DNA from: Elusimicrobiota bacterium
GTDB lineage: Bacteria; Elusimicrobiota; Elusimicrobia; Elusimicrobiales; UBA9959
DNA: 46,919 bases
Direction of reading: 5' to 3'
Assembly (NCBI GenBank): GCA_036574205.1
Contig: JAINCQ010000042.1
Span: 1 to 46,919, forward strand
Below the pieces are notes generated by a model that did not search any database, was not told the DNA's origin, and saw nothing but the letters and a program-made list of their open reading frames with translations. Positions 1 through 10,268 of the stretch are shown here, piece after piece (position 1 is the stretch's first letter; every line of letters starts with the position of its first letter). A program made the position numbers and the translations under genes.

Positions 1-2
1 TT

Positions 3-178
3 GGTGGTTACTTTCAGTCTCAAAGTATCCTTGAGATTAACATAATGCTACAGATTGATAGACTTAAAACAAGAAAATGGAAGGCTGCTGCGGCTGTAAT
101 GAAAGCGAAAGCATATGAACTTTTACAGCTCTTTAATATGAGGTTTTACAATGAGACACAATATTCTTGACAAGTGCC
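3..178 (+). mobile_element. Right end of an IS256-family insertion sequence (transposase C-terminus 3..170, terminal inverted repeat ~153..178); runs off the left edge
   Basis: Frame +3 reads GGYFQSQSILEINIMLQIDRLKTRKWK...FYNETQYS*. The stop lies inside GAGACACAATATTCTTGACAAGTGCC, which resembles IS256 termini (reverse GGCACTTGTCAAGAATATTGTGT). The capA-like ORF loses its family character at this point. Confidence 0.65.
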
Positions 179-346
179 ACCATGAGTAGTCAAAGGGCAC
201 TCTAGGTTTACAAAAGATATGTCTGCATTTTGTATCAAGGGAAGTGCATTACCAAAAACTTCTTCTTTTTTTTCTAATACTATTTTTTCAAATCTTCTGC
301 ATGGGGCGAAATCTCCAGTAAGTAAAATATTGAACTTATTATCCAT
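179..346 (-). pseudogene. CapA/poly-gamma-glutamate-synthesis-type metallophosphatase, N-terminal fragment interrupted by the IS
   Basis: Motifs ILLTGDF and ADISFVNLECPLT are typical of the CapA N-terminus. Only ~56 codons precede the IS inverted repeat. Confidence 0.7.
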
Positions 347-1310
347 TATATAATTCTCCCTAAATTTCCATTTATACCATCAATAAAAGCTTTTTTTATA
401 AGTTTTAATCGATTAATAAAAAATTCATAATCTTTTAATTTATTGATATTTCTCACAATTATTTGAAGAAATTTAATTCCGAAATATATTCGACTATGAT
501 TTTTAGATGATAAATAAGTATGATTCCTTATTGCATAATAAACTTTCATATCACTTTGCTCTTTACTAAAATAACCATTTCCACCAAGTTGCACATCTAT
601 ATCAATTATTTGACTAAAAAACATGTATAGATTACATATTGATTATTTTCCATTCTTTGTGAATATTCGGTGTCATCAGCATATAAGTAAAAAGCTTCAT
701 TAGGATAACCTATTTTTTCAATTATTTTTTTATTGATAAATAAACCACCATAAGAAGCATGTCTCCTTCGTGCTACTGGAAAATTAATTTCTTTTTTATC
801 ATTATCTTTCTGGGAAAATTTTGATATCATTTTCTCTAAAAAAGTTTTGTCTTGACCCAAAAATTCACCAGTTGATACATTCTGATAAAGAGAATTTTTA
901 TCCAAAATTTGCTTTGAGAGAGGATCTAATATTTTCCGATAAGAAACAAGTACAACTTTATCATTATTAAAACATTCCAAAGTTTTAGCTAAATTTTTTA
1001 AAGAATTTTCTTGAGGAACATTATCATCATCCAAAAGCCATATAAATTCACATTCTGGATCATTATATGCCTCTTCAAGCCCTCTTTTAAATCCTCCAGC
1101 TGAGCCATAATTATCAACAAGATAAAGGACTTTTATTTTATCGCTTCCTAACTCTTGTTCATAAGCTTTTAGCTGTTCTCTACTTTGAGGTGCTGAATTG
1201 TTATCAACTACTATAACTTTTGATAGTCCTTCCCTTAAAGCACCGTCTATAACTTGTTTAACAAGATGAAAACGATTCCCATATGTTACTGTTACTGCAA
1301 AGGTGGTCAT
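346..1310 (-). pseudogene. Family 2 glycosyltransferase split by a -1 frameshift (ORFs 606..1310 and 346..624)
   Basis: GT2 motifs VVDNNS, NYGSAGGF, WLLDDD, FYLYADDTEY. The C-terminal YYAIRN part is in the adjacent frame. Adding one T to the T6 run (A616-621) gives one ~321-aa ORF. Confidence 0.8.
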
Positions 1311-2320
1311 TGACTAACCTGAAAAATATTTTTTATATCATCAATGAATTTAGCTCGTTCATTCTTTATAATTTCTCTGTATTTTGCAAATTTCTTAACT
1401 TCTTCTTCATAATTATCAAAACAACTTCTTATTTTTTTAATTATCAAAGGAATGTTTTTAATACTTAAATCATATTTAAACTCATCTTCTATGGGAACAT
1501 CTTCATAAAATTTTGCTGATCCATTTTTACCAACAATTACACAACAACCTGATATTGCTGCTTCTCTTGGGATTCTATCTTTACCTGGATGATTACCAAA
1601 GTCTATATATACTTTTGCAGTTGAAAGCAAATTTGCGACTTCATCTCTTGTCATATTCTCTATCGGTACAAACTTAATATCTTTAGCCTCTTCTATAATC
1701 GCTTTAGTAAATTCAATACCTTTTTTAGGATTATAGACAACAATATCTTCTTTTTTAGTATTAATGTTGTTTATCTGTCGTTCAATAAATAGATTATTTA
1801 AATAATCGCCTAGAAAAAATATATTATTTATACTTTTATTTTTTAACATCTGCCTTGCATATTCACTCTGAACAAAATGAATAATTTTTTCTTTTTTACT
1901 AAATCTATAAATTTGTCTTGGGTAAATATGTAAGTAATATAAAATAGATTTAATCATTTTTTTAAGTTTATTCTTTGAATTTAAAAAACCAAAATGATTA
2001 TCTACACTCAGCCACCATATAACTTTTTGTATTGAATAATAGTTATACAGTAATTCTGTCTTTGTTTCTGGAACCACTAAAATATTGTTATAATCATCCT
2101 CAATTTCCTCGACGAATTTATTATTATAACCTTTATAATCCTCAGCTACTGGATCTAAATTCTTATTTCTGTCATAATAAAACATATAAGCATCAAAACC
2201 CAAATTAGTCAATTCATGAACTAATTGGTGTAATGCCTCTGGACCACCAGTTATGCGGTTTGCTGGGCATGCTACAAATATTTTAGTAATATTCTTTTTA
2301 ATAATTAATTGCTTTGTCAT
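1307..2320 (-). CDS. Putative glycosyltransferase (GT-B-like) of the polysaccharide cluster
   Basis: TGGPEALHQL, YNPKKG and HPGKDRIPREAA motifs; translationally coupled to glf and the GT2 gene. Confidence 0.75.
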   Translation of the reverse strand: MTKQLIIKKNITKIFVACPANRITGGPEALHQLVHELTNLGFDAYMFYYDRNKNLDPVAEDYKGYNNKFVEEIEDDYNNILVVPETKTELLYNYYSIQKVIWWLSVDNHFGFLNSKNKLKKMIKSILYYLHIYPRQIYRFSKKEKIIHFVQSEYARQMLKNKSINNIFFLGDYLNNLFIERQINNINTKKEDIVVYNPKKGIEFTKAIIEEAKDIKFVPIENMTRDEVANLLSTAKVYIDFGNHPGKDRIPREAAISGCCVIVGKNGSAKFYEDVPIEDEFKYDLSIKNIPLIIKKIRSCFDNYEEEVKKFAKYREIIKNERAKFIDDIKNIFQVSQ

Positions 2321-3459
2321 TTCACTTCCTTCTCAAAAACTTCTAAAGCCCTCTCTACCACGTCATCCATATCATAGTATTTGTACTCTGCCAATCTTCC
2401 TACCAAAATAAGATTTTTAAATTTTTTTGAATATTCAAAATACTTAGAATACTTTTCTTGATTCTCTTTTGTAAAGATAGGATAATAAGGTATGTTCTTA
2501 CCTCTTTTATGCTCTTGTGGATACTCTTTTAAAATTGTCGTTTTTGGAGTTTTAACTGGATGAATATGTTTAAACTCTGTTATTCGTGTAAACTCATAAT
2601 CATTCGGATAATTTACCGTTGCTTTTTCCTGATAAAACTCTTTTTCAACAGTTTCAAACCTCATATCCAAACTTCTATAAGGCAGCTCTCCAAACTTATA
2701 GTCAAAAAGTTCATCTATTTGTCCAGTATAAATTACTTTCCCTTCAAACTTAAAACCCAAAAAATAAAAATCGTAACCCCTTAATTCACAAACCTCTCTA
2801 AAATCAGTATTAAGCAAAATTTTAATATTTTTATGTGATAACATCCTTTCTACCATTCTGGTATACCCATCCTTAGGCACAAACTGGTATTTGTCATTAA
2901 AATATTTATTATCACGTCCTATAAAAATAGGAACCCTTGCTGTAACAGCTTCATCCATATCTTCAGGTTTCATACCCCATTGTTTTATGGTATAATTTAA
3001 AAATACCTTATTATAAATGTAATCTGCTAAAAACTGTAAATCAGGATCAGTTGACTTTTTTAATTCTAATATAGGAACCCTGGTATTGTAGGCGTATGTT
3101 TTTAATAGTTTTTCTTCAAGAGTCCTTGCCTTTGAATGGGGAAATAATTCATAGAGGGTATTAAAATTAAATGGTATTGGCACCTTTTTATCATCTATAT
3201 AGGCTGATACTTCATGATTATATATATGCCAATCTGTAAATTGCGATAAATACTGTACTACCTTCTCACTGTTGGTGTGAAATAAATGCGGACCATATTT
3301 GTGAATTAGAATATTATTCTCGTCCTTATAATCAAAGCAATTACCCGCAATATGATTCCTCTTTTCTATTAAAAGCACTTTTTTATTTAACTGCGTAGCA
3401 ATGCGCTCTGACAACACAGAACCTGCTAATCCTGCACCTACTACAATGTAGTCAATCAT
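2317..3459 (-). CDS. glf: UDP-galactopyranose mutase
   Basis: FAD motif VVGAGLAG, HKYGPHLFHT, FTRITEFKH, GRLAEYKYYDMD. Confidence 0.97.
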   Translation of the reverse strand: MIDYIVVGAGLAGSVLSERIATQLNKKVLLIEKRNHIAGNCFDYKDENNILIHKYGPHLFHTNSEKVVQYLSQFTDWHIYNHEVSAYIDDKKVPIPFNFNTLYELFPHSKARTLEEKLLKTYAYNTRVPILELKKSTDPDLQFLADYIYNKVFLNYTIKQWGMKPEDMDEAVTARVPIFIGRDNKYFNDKYQFVPKDGYTRMVERMLSHKNIKILLNTDFREVCELRGYDFYFLGFKFEGKVIYTGQIDELFDYKFGELPYRSLDMRFETVEKEFYQEKATVNYPNDYEFTRITEFKHIHPVKTPKTTILKEYPQEHKRGKNIPYYPIFTKENQEKYSKYFEYSKKFKNLILVGRLAEYKYYDMDDVVERALEVFEKEVK

Positions 3460-3472
3460 TCGTTTATCCTCC

Positions 3473-4177
3473 TCATATAATAATTAAAGCTACCTGTTCA
3501 TGTAAACTATTATAAGTTAAATATTTGTATTTCTTTCCTGTTTCTTTAATGAATTCTTGAAACGCTTTATATTCGTGATCCTCCCATCCTGGATAATTAA
3601 AATATTCATCAAAAACGATTACCGTACCACTAACTATTTGATTTTTTAAAAAATTAAAAACTGTTTTCGTCGAGGAATATACATCACAATCTATATGAAG
3701 ATAAGCTATTTTTCGCTTTTCCTTTTGCACAAACAAAGGTAACGTTTCCTCAAACAAGCCCTTTATCAATTTAACATTTTTTTCTACTTGTGGTAAATTA
3801 TTAAGAGCAAATGCTTCCTTAGGGAAACCATCTCTCCAAAATTCAGGCAACCCTTCAAAAGAATCAAATCCATATACGTCATATTTTGAAAGTTTTTTCG
3901 CTATATAGTTTAGTGTATCACCTTTATAAACGCCAAATTCCAAAACTATTCCGTTTTCAATAGTGACATTATTAATGGCTATATCATGAACTTTGTATTT
4001 GCTATCAACTGAAATAACATCTTTCATGTTCTTTTCAACATAATCAGCCGTCGATTTTAATGCTCTATATGCTAATTCGAGTTTAATATTTTGTGTTTGT
4101 GAATTAAGAACATAATTTAGAATGTCAATTATAAAATTTCTAATTTTATTTTTAAAATATTGCTTCATCGCTATCAA
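3473..4177 (-). CDS. Class I SAM-dependent methyltransferase (TylF/MycF-like)
   Basis: LEFGVYKG, GFDSFEGLPE, LHIDCDVYSST, VFDEY. Confidence 0.85.
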   Translation of the reverse strand: MIAMKQYFKNKIRNFIIDILNYVLNSQTQNIKLELAYRALKSTADYVEKNMKDVISVDSKYKVHDIAINNVTIENGIVLEFGVYKGDTLNYIAKKLSKYDVYGFDSFEGLPEFWRDGFPKEAFALNNLPQVEKNVKLIKGLFEETLPLFVQKEKRKIAYLHIDCDVYSSTKTVFNFLKNQIVSGTVIVFDEYFNYPGWEDHEYKAFQEFIKETGKKYKYLTYNSLHEQVALIII

Positions 4178-5465
4178 CTTCCTTCTTTATTTGATTAAAT
4201 TTTAACATTGAAAACACAGTGACTAATATTTCCGTCAACACAACTGAGATAGAAGCGCCAATAGCTTCAAAATAGTAAGTCGTAATAAAAATATGCATTA
4301 TGTGAAATAAAGATATTTTTAATAAGAAATTATTTACTATCTCTTGCCTTCGAAGAGCAAATAGACCTTGAACTGCATATAAATTGCTTAATGCAACAAT
4401 CATTGGTAAAAAGGACATTATTTGAAGAAGAATAATAGAATCTTTAAATTGATTACCCAAAAACAAGTAAATTATTGTCTTAGAATATAGAAGAATAAAC
4501 ATAGAAATTAAAAATGTAAAAGCAAAAATAACCTTTGCTAATTTTCTTATGACCCGAAAAGCTCTTTGTGGATCATTATGAAATTTACTTGACATAAATG
4601 GATATAAAGTTTGAGATAAAGGAACCATTAGTACTTTAAATGCGTGTATTATTTTATCTGCCGCTGCATAATAGCCTACTATTGTATTATTTGTAAATAG
4701 CCCTAATATAAATGTAGTTGAAACTGTATATAAACTAATAGCCACATTAGAAATAAAAATTTGCGTTGCCTCTCTTAAATAATACTTTAAAGTATCAATT
4801 TTTTGAAATGCAAATTCTATGCCAAAATATCGCCTGATAAAATATAATGCATAAACCCCACCAACTATACCTCCTAAACCCCCAAGTATCGGAACCATAT
4901 AATAATCATCTTTCTTTTTTACAAAAATAAATATTGCTACGGTAAAAATCAATCTACTTAACAAGTTAATGTAGGTAATATACTTCATCCTCTCAATACC
5001 TTGAAAAAACCATACCGGAAAAAGCACCTGTCCTATCACACCGCCAAATATAAGAAAATATATCATCGCATCTTTCCTAAACTTTTCAAAACTATATATC
5101 AAAATACCAAGCAACAAAAAAGATATGCACATAAGCGCAAACTTAATTATCATTACAGATGAAAATATCTCACTCAATTTAGACTTATCATCCCTATGAA
5201 TACTTATTTCCCTGGTCGCAGTTAAATTAAATCCATAATCCGTAATAATATTAAAATACGCCACAGTCGCTCCAGCAAATGATAATAGTCCAAAATATTC
5301 CACACCTAACACACGCACTAAATACGGAAAAGTTACAAGTGGCAATAGATAATTTATTGCCTGCAAAATACTAAGATAAAAAAAGTTTGACACTAATACT
5401 TTCTTATCAGAAGTGTTAGTAAAATAATCTATTATCTTCATATTTATTTCTAAACTCATTTTCAT
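4152..5465 (-). CDS. wzx: Polysaccharide flippase (Wzx/RfbX)
   Basis: Multi-TM protein with PLVTFPYLVRVLG, DYGFNLTATR and WFFQGIERM motifs; first gene of the cluster. Confidence 0.92.
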   Translation of the reverse strand: MKMSLEINMKIIDYFTNTSDKKVLVSNFFYLSILQAINYLLPLVTFPYLVRVLGVEYFGLLSFAGATVAYFNIITDYGFNLTATREISIHRDDKSKLSEIFSSVMIIKFALMCISFLLLGILIYSFEKFRKDAMIYFLIFGGVIGQVLFPVWFFQGIERMKYITYINLLSRLIFTVAIFIFVKKKDDYYMVPILGGLGGIVGGVYALYFIRRYFGIEFAFQKIDTLKYYLREATQIFISNVAISLYTVSTTFILGLFTNNTIVGYYAAADKIIHAFKVLMVPLSQTLYPFMSSKFHNDPQRAFRVIRKLAKVIFAFTFLISMFILLYSKTIIYLFLGNQFKDSIILLQIMSFLPMIVALSNLYAVQGLFALRRQEIVNNFLLKISLFHIMHIFITTYYFEAIGASISVVLTEILVTVFSMLKFNQIKKEVDSDEAIF

Positions 5466-5990
5466 ATTATATTATAATAAAATTTACCACTATTATCTTT
5501 ATTTAGTAAAAGATACAAAATATTAATTTAACATCTTTTTTTGTTTAGATAATCATTTTATAATTTGAAAAAGTTACGATACATATACAACATTAAAGTC
5601 TAAGGGTTTTAGCATGTAAAAGCTATATAATCCATAAAATTTTTAAATTATTTGGCAAAAGCAGGATATTTATTATTTTGACTAATTAGCTTAAAATTTA
5701 GAAAACCCAGACTCCACTTTAAAAGACGATCGTCTTCCAGAATGGAGTTAATTTTGGAAGATAAAATGTCATAAATATGTTTTTATGATCTAACACACAC
5801 AAAAAAAACGTTTATGTGATAACTAATATGGTTATTTTTAGATGAGTTGACAGGCATCCAATTAGCAAATCCAAATATAATAAACCTATGTGGTTTTTAT
5901 TCTCTAATATGAGGTAAAACGACAAAATCATTAAAATAGGATTGTGTTATAATTTTCAATTGCAAATTGTTCAAAATTGTCAAAATAGAT

Positions 5991-6281
5991 AATATTACCT
6001 TCCGGGATAGTTTAACTGTCATATCCTCTATCATTTTTCACCCTCATCCTTCACCTTCCCCCATCAAGGGGGAAGGGATTTTAACACTCGTTTACGCTAC
6101 ATTCTAAAGAGCCTCCATCTTCCTGCTACACATATCCCCTCTCCTTTTTTGGAGAGGGTTAGGGTGAGGAGATTTAATTTTTCACCCTCACCTTAATCCT
6201 CTCCCATCAAGGGAGAGGAAAATAAATGGCTGAGGAAATTTAAGGGGGAAGGGATAGTTTAACCTTTCCGGAATGTAAAAC
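5991..6281 (+). repeat. Mosaic boxC/REP-like palindrome cluster, copy 1 (units B, inverted C, A; inverted terminal modules)
   Basis: CACCCTCATCCTTCACCTTCCCCCATCAAGGGGGAAGGG, CCCCTCTCCTTTTTTGGAGAGGGTTAGGGTGAGG and CACCCTCACCTTAATCCTCTCCCATCAAGGGAGAGG; all recur at five other loci. Confidence 0.95.
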
Positions 6282-6305
6282 CAGCTTTTGTTTGGTTTAA
6301 AAAAA

Positions 6306-6392
6306 TCATCCACACTTTAACCACGACCGTGTAAAATCAGTGGATGTTTTTCTGAAGACAAACACACTCAATTAACCGCTCAGCCCAGTCTG
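6306..6392 (+). repeat. Hairpin motif D (ATCCAC...CACGNNCGTG...GTGGAT) followed by degenerate motif E
   Basis: TCATCCACACTTTAACCACGACCGTGTAAAATCAGTGGATG is near-identical to 35181, 41983 and 42061. Confidence 0.85.
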
Positions 6393-6612
6393 CTACTGGA
6401 AATATATCTGTTTTTTTACACACCTTTCAATAGATTTACAAATATCATTTTACAACCCCACAACCTTAAATCTGTCCAATATGTTTCTGATATTTTGCAA
6501 TAGTTTAAGCGTTTTGAACTCATAAGTCAGTAATTAACAATAAGTAATAAATAAAAAATGCTAAAATGTTTATTGGTATTAATTTTTATTATAGAAAAGG
6601 AGATACAAAAAA

Positions 6613-9162
6613 ATGAAGACATATTCTTTGAATGTTATTCCAGATCTTCCAGAAAATCTTAAACCTTTAGAGGAACTTGCCACAAATATGTGGTTTACCT
6701 GGAACTGGGAAGCTATTATGATGTTCGTTTCAATAGATGAGGATTTGTGGCATAAATCGCACAGAAACCCTAAGTGGGTATTGGGTACGCTTTCACACGA
6801 GCGCCTAGAGGAACTGGGAAAAAACGAGGAGTTTCTCAAAAAACTTTATGAAGTTAAAAAGAAATATGATGATTATATGAATTTTAAAGATACATGGTTT
6901 AATAAACATAAAACAGATAATGAAACTGATATGCTTGTTGCTTATTTTTCAATGGAGTATGGAATAGGCGAAGGACTTCCAATATATTCGGGAGGACTTG
7001 GAATGCTTAGTGGAGACCATTTAAAATCATCATCTGATATGGGACTTCCTGTTATTGGAGTTGGTCTTTTATATAGAAAAGGATATGTTCAACAGGTTTT
7101 AAATAGAGATAACTGGCAGACAGAGGCATACCCTGAAAACGACTGGTATAATATGCCTGTGGAGATAGTCAAAGATAGAGAAGGAAAACCTTTAAGGGTA
7201 AGCGTTAATTTAGCGGGAGAAGAAGTAAAGATAGGAGTCTGGAGGGTGCCGGTTGGAAGGACTTCACTTTTTTTGCTTGATACAAATGTCCCTGAAAATT
7301 CTCCCCTATCAAAAGGTATAACCGAGCAACTTTATGGCGGAGATAGGGAAAACAGAATAAAGCAAGAAATTGTTCTTGGGGTTGGGGGATACAAAGCACT
7401 TAAAGCAATGGGTTTATCTCCAACAGTTTATCATGTCAATGAAGGACATTCTGCGTTTTTGTTGCTTGAAAGGATAAGGGATTTTATGGTTGAAAAAAAA
7501 TTCAGTTTTTACGAAGCAAAGAAAGCAGTATGGGCTACAAGTGTTTTTACAACCCATACTCCGGTTATGGCTGGAAATGAATATTTTGATTTTGATCTTA
7601 TAAAAAAATATTTTGCTGATTATTCCAGAGATCTTGGGATTAGTTTTCCGGAGTTTCTTGATCTTGGAAAAGAAGAAAAAAATTCATTGGGTTTTTGTAT
7701 GACGGTTCTTGCAATGAGGCTCTGCGCTTATAATAATTCTGTTAGCAAGTTGCATCAGGAGACAACTAAAAAAATGTGGCATAAAGTATGGAATAATCTG
7801 CCATTATATGAAATTCCGATAGACAATATCACCAATGGCGTTCATACCAGTTCCTGGATAAGTCATGAACATTATGAGGAGTATAAAAAATATATATGCG
7901 ATAAAGCGATTGATAGTTCTATGGTTGAGACTTGCAATTGGGAAAATATAAACAATATTCCTGATGAAGTATTGTGGGAGATAAAAAAAATAAGGAAAAA
8001 CAAACTTATTAAACTTGTCAGGGAAAGGTTAGTAAGGCAGTATAAAAGACTTGGAGCGGATACAACTGTTATTAAAGAGTTAGAGAACATTTTAAATCCG
8101 GATTATTTGACAGTAGGTTTTGCAAGAAGGTTTGCAACCTATAAAAGAGCAAACCTTTTTATGAGAAATATTGAAAGACTTATGAATATTGTAAATAATG
8201 ATAATATGCCAGTTCAATTTATTATATCGGGAAAGGCCCATCAGGCAGATACTGCCGGGAAAGAACTTATAAAACAGGTTGCTTCATTAAATCTTGATAA
8301 AAGATTTAAATCCAGAATAATTTTTGTGGAAGATTATAATATGAATGTGGCAAGATATATGGTTCAGGGAGTGGATGTATGGCTTAATAATCCTATAAGA
8401 CCGCTTGAAGCAAGCGGGACAAGCGGAATGAAGGCAGCTATAAATGGGGTTCTCAACCTTTCCGTTCTTGATGGATGGTGGGTAGAGGGATACAGCCCTG
8501 AAGTTGGATGGGCTATTGGCGGAGTTGACACATACAGAAGCGATGAAGAAAGGGATTATGTAGAATCTGAGGCAATATATAATTTACTTGAAAAGGTGAT
8601 TGTTCCACTTTATTATGACAGGGACAACGGAATTCCAAGGAAGTGGATTTCTATGTCAAAAAAATCTGTTTCAAAGCTTGTCCCTTATTTTAACACCGAC
8701 AGAATGCTTAGAGAGTATTATGAAAAGTTTTATGTTAAATCTCATTCTTATTTTAAGAAGCTTGTTTGTCAAAATTTGATAAAAGAAAGCGTTAGTAAAT
8801 GGTGGGATAGGATATTAAAAAATTTTATGAATATAAAAATTGAAATATACAATTTCAAGTTAGATTCAGAAATAAAGACAGGTGACAAATTTATGGTAAA
8901 CGCTATTGTTAAATCTCATGATATTCTACCTGAGGATATCAAGGTTGAGATTGTCGTTGGATCTCTTGATGGAGATTTGATATTTAAATATGGAAGGGCA
9001 TTTGAAATGAAAATGGTTGATAAAAAAGGATCAGATTATTTTTATCAAGCTGAGGTTAAATGTTATAAGAGCGGAAGACATGATTTTGCTGTAAGAGCGG
9101 TTCCTTTTCATAAAGACCTTCCCGATGTTTTCATCCCTGGATTTGTCGTTTGGAATGAATAG
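6613..9162 (+). CDS. glgP: Alpha-glucan (glycogen) phosphorylase
   Basis: YSGGLGMLSGDHLKS, GFARRFATYKR, PLP-lysine motif EASGTSGMK. Confidence 0.97.
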   Translation: MKTYSLNVIPDLPENLKPLEELATNMWFTWNWEAIMMFVSIDEDLWHKSHRNPKWVLGTLSHERLEELGKNEEFLKKLYEVKKKYDDYMNFKDTWFNKHKTDNETDMLVAYFSMEYGIGEGLPIYSGGLGMLSGDHLKSSSDMGLPVIGVGLLYRKGYVQQVLNRDNWQTEAYPENDWYNMPVEIVKDREGKPLRVSVNLAGEEVKIGVWRVPVGRTSLFLLDTNVPENSPLSKGITEQLYGGDRENRIKQEIVLGVGGYKALKAMGLSPTVYHVNEGHSAFLLLERIRDFMVEKKFSFYEAKKAVWATSVFTTHTPVMAGNEYFDFDLIKKYFADYSRDLGISFPEFLDLGKEEKNSLGFCMTVLAMRLCAYNNSVSKLHQETTKKMWHKVWNNLPLYEIPIDNITNGVHTSSWISHEHYEEYKKYICDKAIDSSMVETCNWENINNIPDEVLWEIKKIRKNKLIKLVRERLVRQYKRLGADTTVIKELENILNPDYLTVGFARRFATYKRANLFMRNIERLMNIVNNDNMPVQFIISGKAHQADTAGKELIKQVASLNLDKRFKSRIIFVEDYNMNVARYMVQGVDVWLNNPIRPLEASGTSGMKAAINGVLNLSVLDGWWVEGYSPEVGWAIGGVDTYRSDEERDYVESEAIYNLLEKVIVPLYYDRDNGIPRKWISMSKKSVSKLVPYFNTDRMLREYYEKFYVKSHSYFKKLVCQNLIKESVSKWWDRILKNFMNIKIEIYNFKLDSEIKTGDKFMVNAIVKSHDILPEDIKVEIVVGSLDGDLIFKYGRAFEMKMVDKKGSDYFYQAEVKCYKSGRHDFAVRAVPFHKDLPDVFIPGFVVWNE

Positions 9163-9165
9163 TAT

Positions 9166-9969
9166 ATGTCTAAACCTAAATGCATTCCTGTAATTTTTTA
9201 TCATCATGTGTCGCCATATTTAGATATTCATCCATCAGTTTTTGAAAAGCAGATAGAATATCTCAGTTTAAAAGGGTATTCGGCAATAACGCTTTATGAA
9301 CTTCGTAATTTTATGCTTTATGGCGCTATTAATGTTTCAAAGCCAGTTGTTATAACCTTTGACGATGGATATTATGATAATTATGCTTTCGCATATCCTA
9401 TTTTAAGAAAGTTTAATTTTAAGGGAACAATATTTGTGATAACAAGCAGGATTAAAGATAAAAGAGAATGCAAGGTAGATTTTGAAAATGAATCTTATAA
9501 CAATAAAAATAATCCAGATAATTTTATAACCTGGGAAGAAGCAAAGGAGATGGTGGAAAGCGGAGTAATAGACATACAATCACATACACATTTGCATTAC
9601 AGGGATGGAAAATCATGGGAAAAAGTGGCTGATATGGATATAAAACAGGATTTGATTCTGTCAAAAAAAATGATTGAATCGAAAACTAAAAAAACTTGCG
9701 ATTTTATATGCTGGCCATGGGGAAGATATGATGAGTATATGATAGAAATGGCTAAATCTGCTGGTTATAAAGGGTGTCTTACCACAAAAACAGGAAGTAA
9801 TTTTTTTGGGGGGGATGTTTACAGAATTAATAGGATAAATATATGGAAAAACGATGAGCGCTGGTTTAAAAACAGAATGAAAATTTATTCAAATGCGTTT
9901 TTATCAAGATTCTATTCCGGTTTTTATGGAATAGATAGAAAAATCAAGAGAATTTTAAAGATTTTATAA
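9166..9969 (+). CDS. Polysaccharide deacetylase (CE4/NodB family)
   Basis: YHHV, ITFDDGYYDN, IQSHTHLH, CWPWG. Confidence 0.9.
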   Translation: MSKPKCIPVIFYHHVSPYLDIHPSVFEKQIEYLSLKGYSAITLYELRNFMLYGAINVSKPVVITFDDGYYDNYAFAYPILRKFNFKGTIFVITSRIKDKRECKVDFENESYNNKNNPDNFITWEEAKEMVESGVIDIQSHTHLHYRDGKSWEKVADMDIKQDLILSKKMIESKTKKTCDFICWPWGRYDEYMIEMAKSAGYKGCLTTKTGSNFFGGDVYRINRINIWKNDERWFKNRMKIYSNAFLSRFYSGFYGIDRKIKRILKIL

Positions 9970-9982
9970 AGTTTATCAAATT

Positions 9983-9991
9983 TGGTATAAT
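9983..9991 (+). promoter_or_regulatory. Extended -10 element upstream of the cold-shock gene
   Basis: TGGTATAAT about 30 nt before the ATG, followed by an AAGGAG RBS. Confidence 0.5.
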
Positions 9992-10021
9992 TATATTAGA
10001 TAAAAGTAAAGGAGCTTGAAA

Positions 10022-10264
10022 ATGGCAAAAGGAAAAGTAAAGTGGTTTAATAATAAGAAAGGTTTCGGATTTATAACTCCCGAAGATAATTCGCAGGATG
10101 TATTTGTCCATTATAGCGTTATAGAAAAACAGGGTTTTAAAACCCTTAAGGAAAATCAGGAAGTTGAATTTGAAGCCTCTCAGGGCGAAAAAGGGCTTAA
10201 AGCTACCAAAGTTGTTCCATTAGCTGTTAAAAAAGAAGAAAAGAAAGAAGAGCCTAAAAAATAA
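10022..10264 (+). CDS. Cold-shock domain protein with a Lys/Glu-rich C-terminal tail
   Basis: GKVKWFN, KGFGFI (RNP1), DVFVHYS (RNP2); ATG at 10022 after AAGGAG. Confidence 0.95.
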   Translation: MAKGKVKWFNNKKGFGFITPEDNSQDVFVHYSVIEKQGFKTLKENQEVEFEASQGEKGLKATKVVPLAVKKEEKKEEPKK

Positions 10265-10268
10265 AAAA

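Noticed and set aside
5890..5985. Minus-strand NDFVVLPHI as a RAYT transposase (VxMPNHxH) remnant next to repeat copy 1
   Set aside because: Lacks the HUH motif and any other supporting similarity; likely chance.
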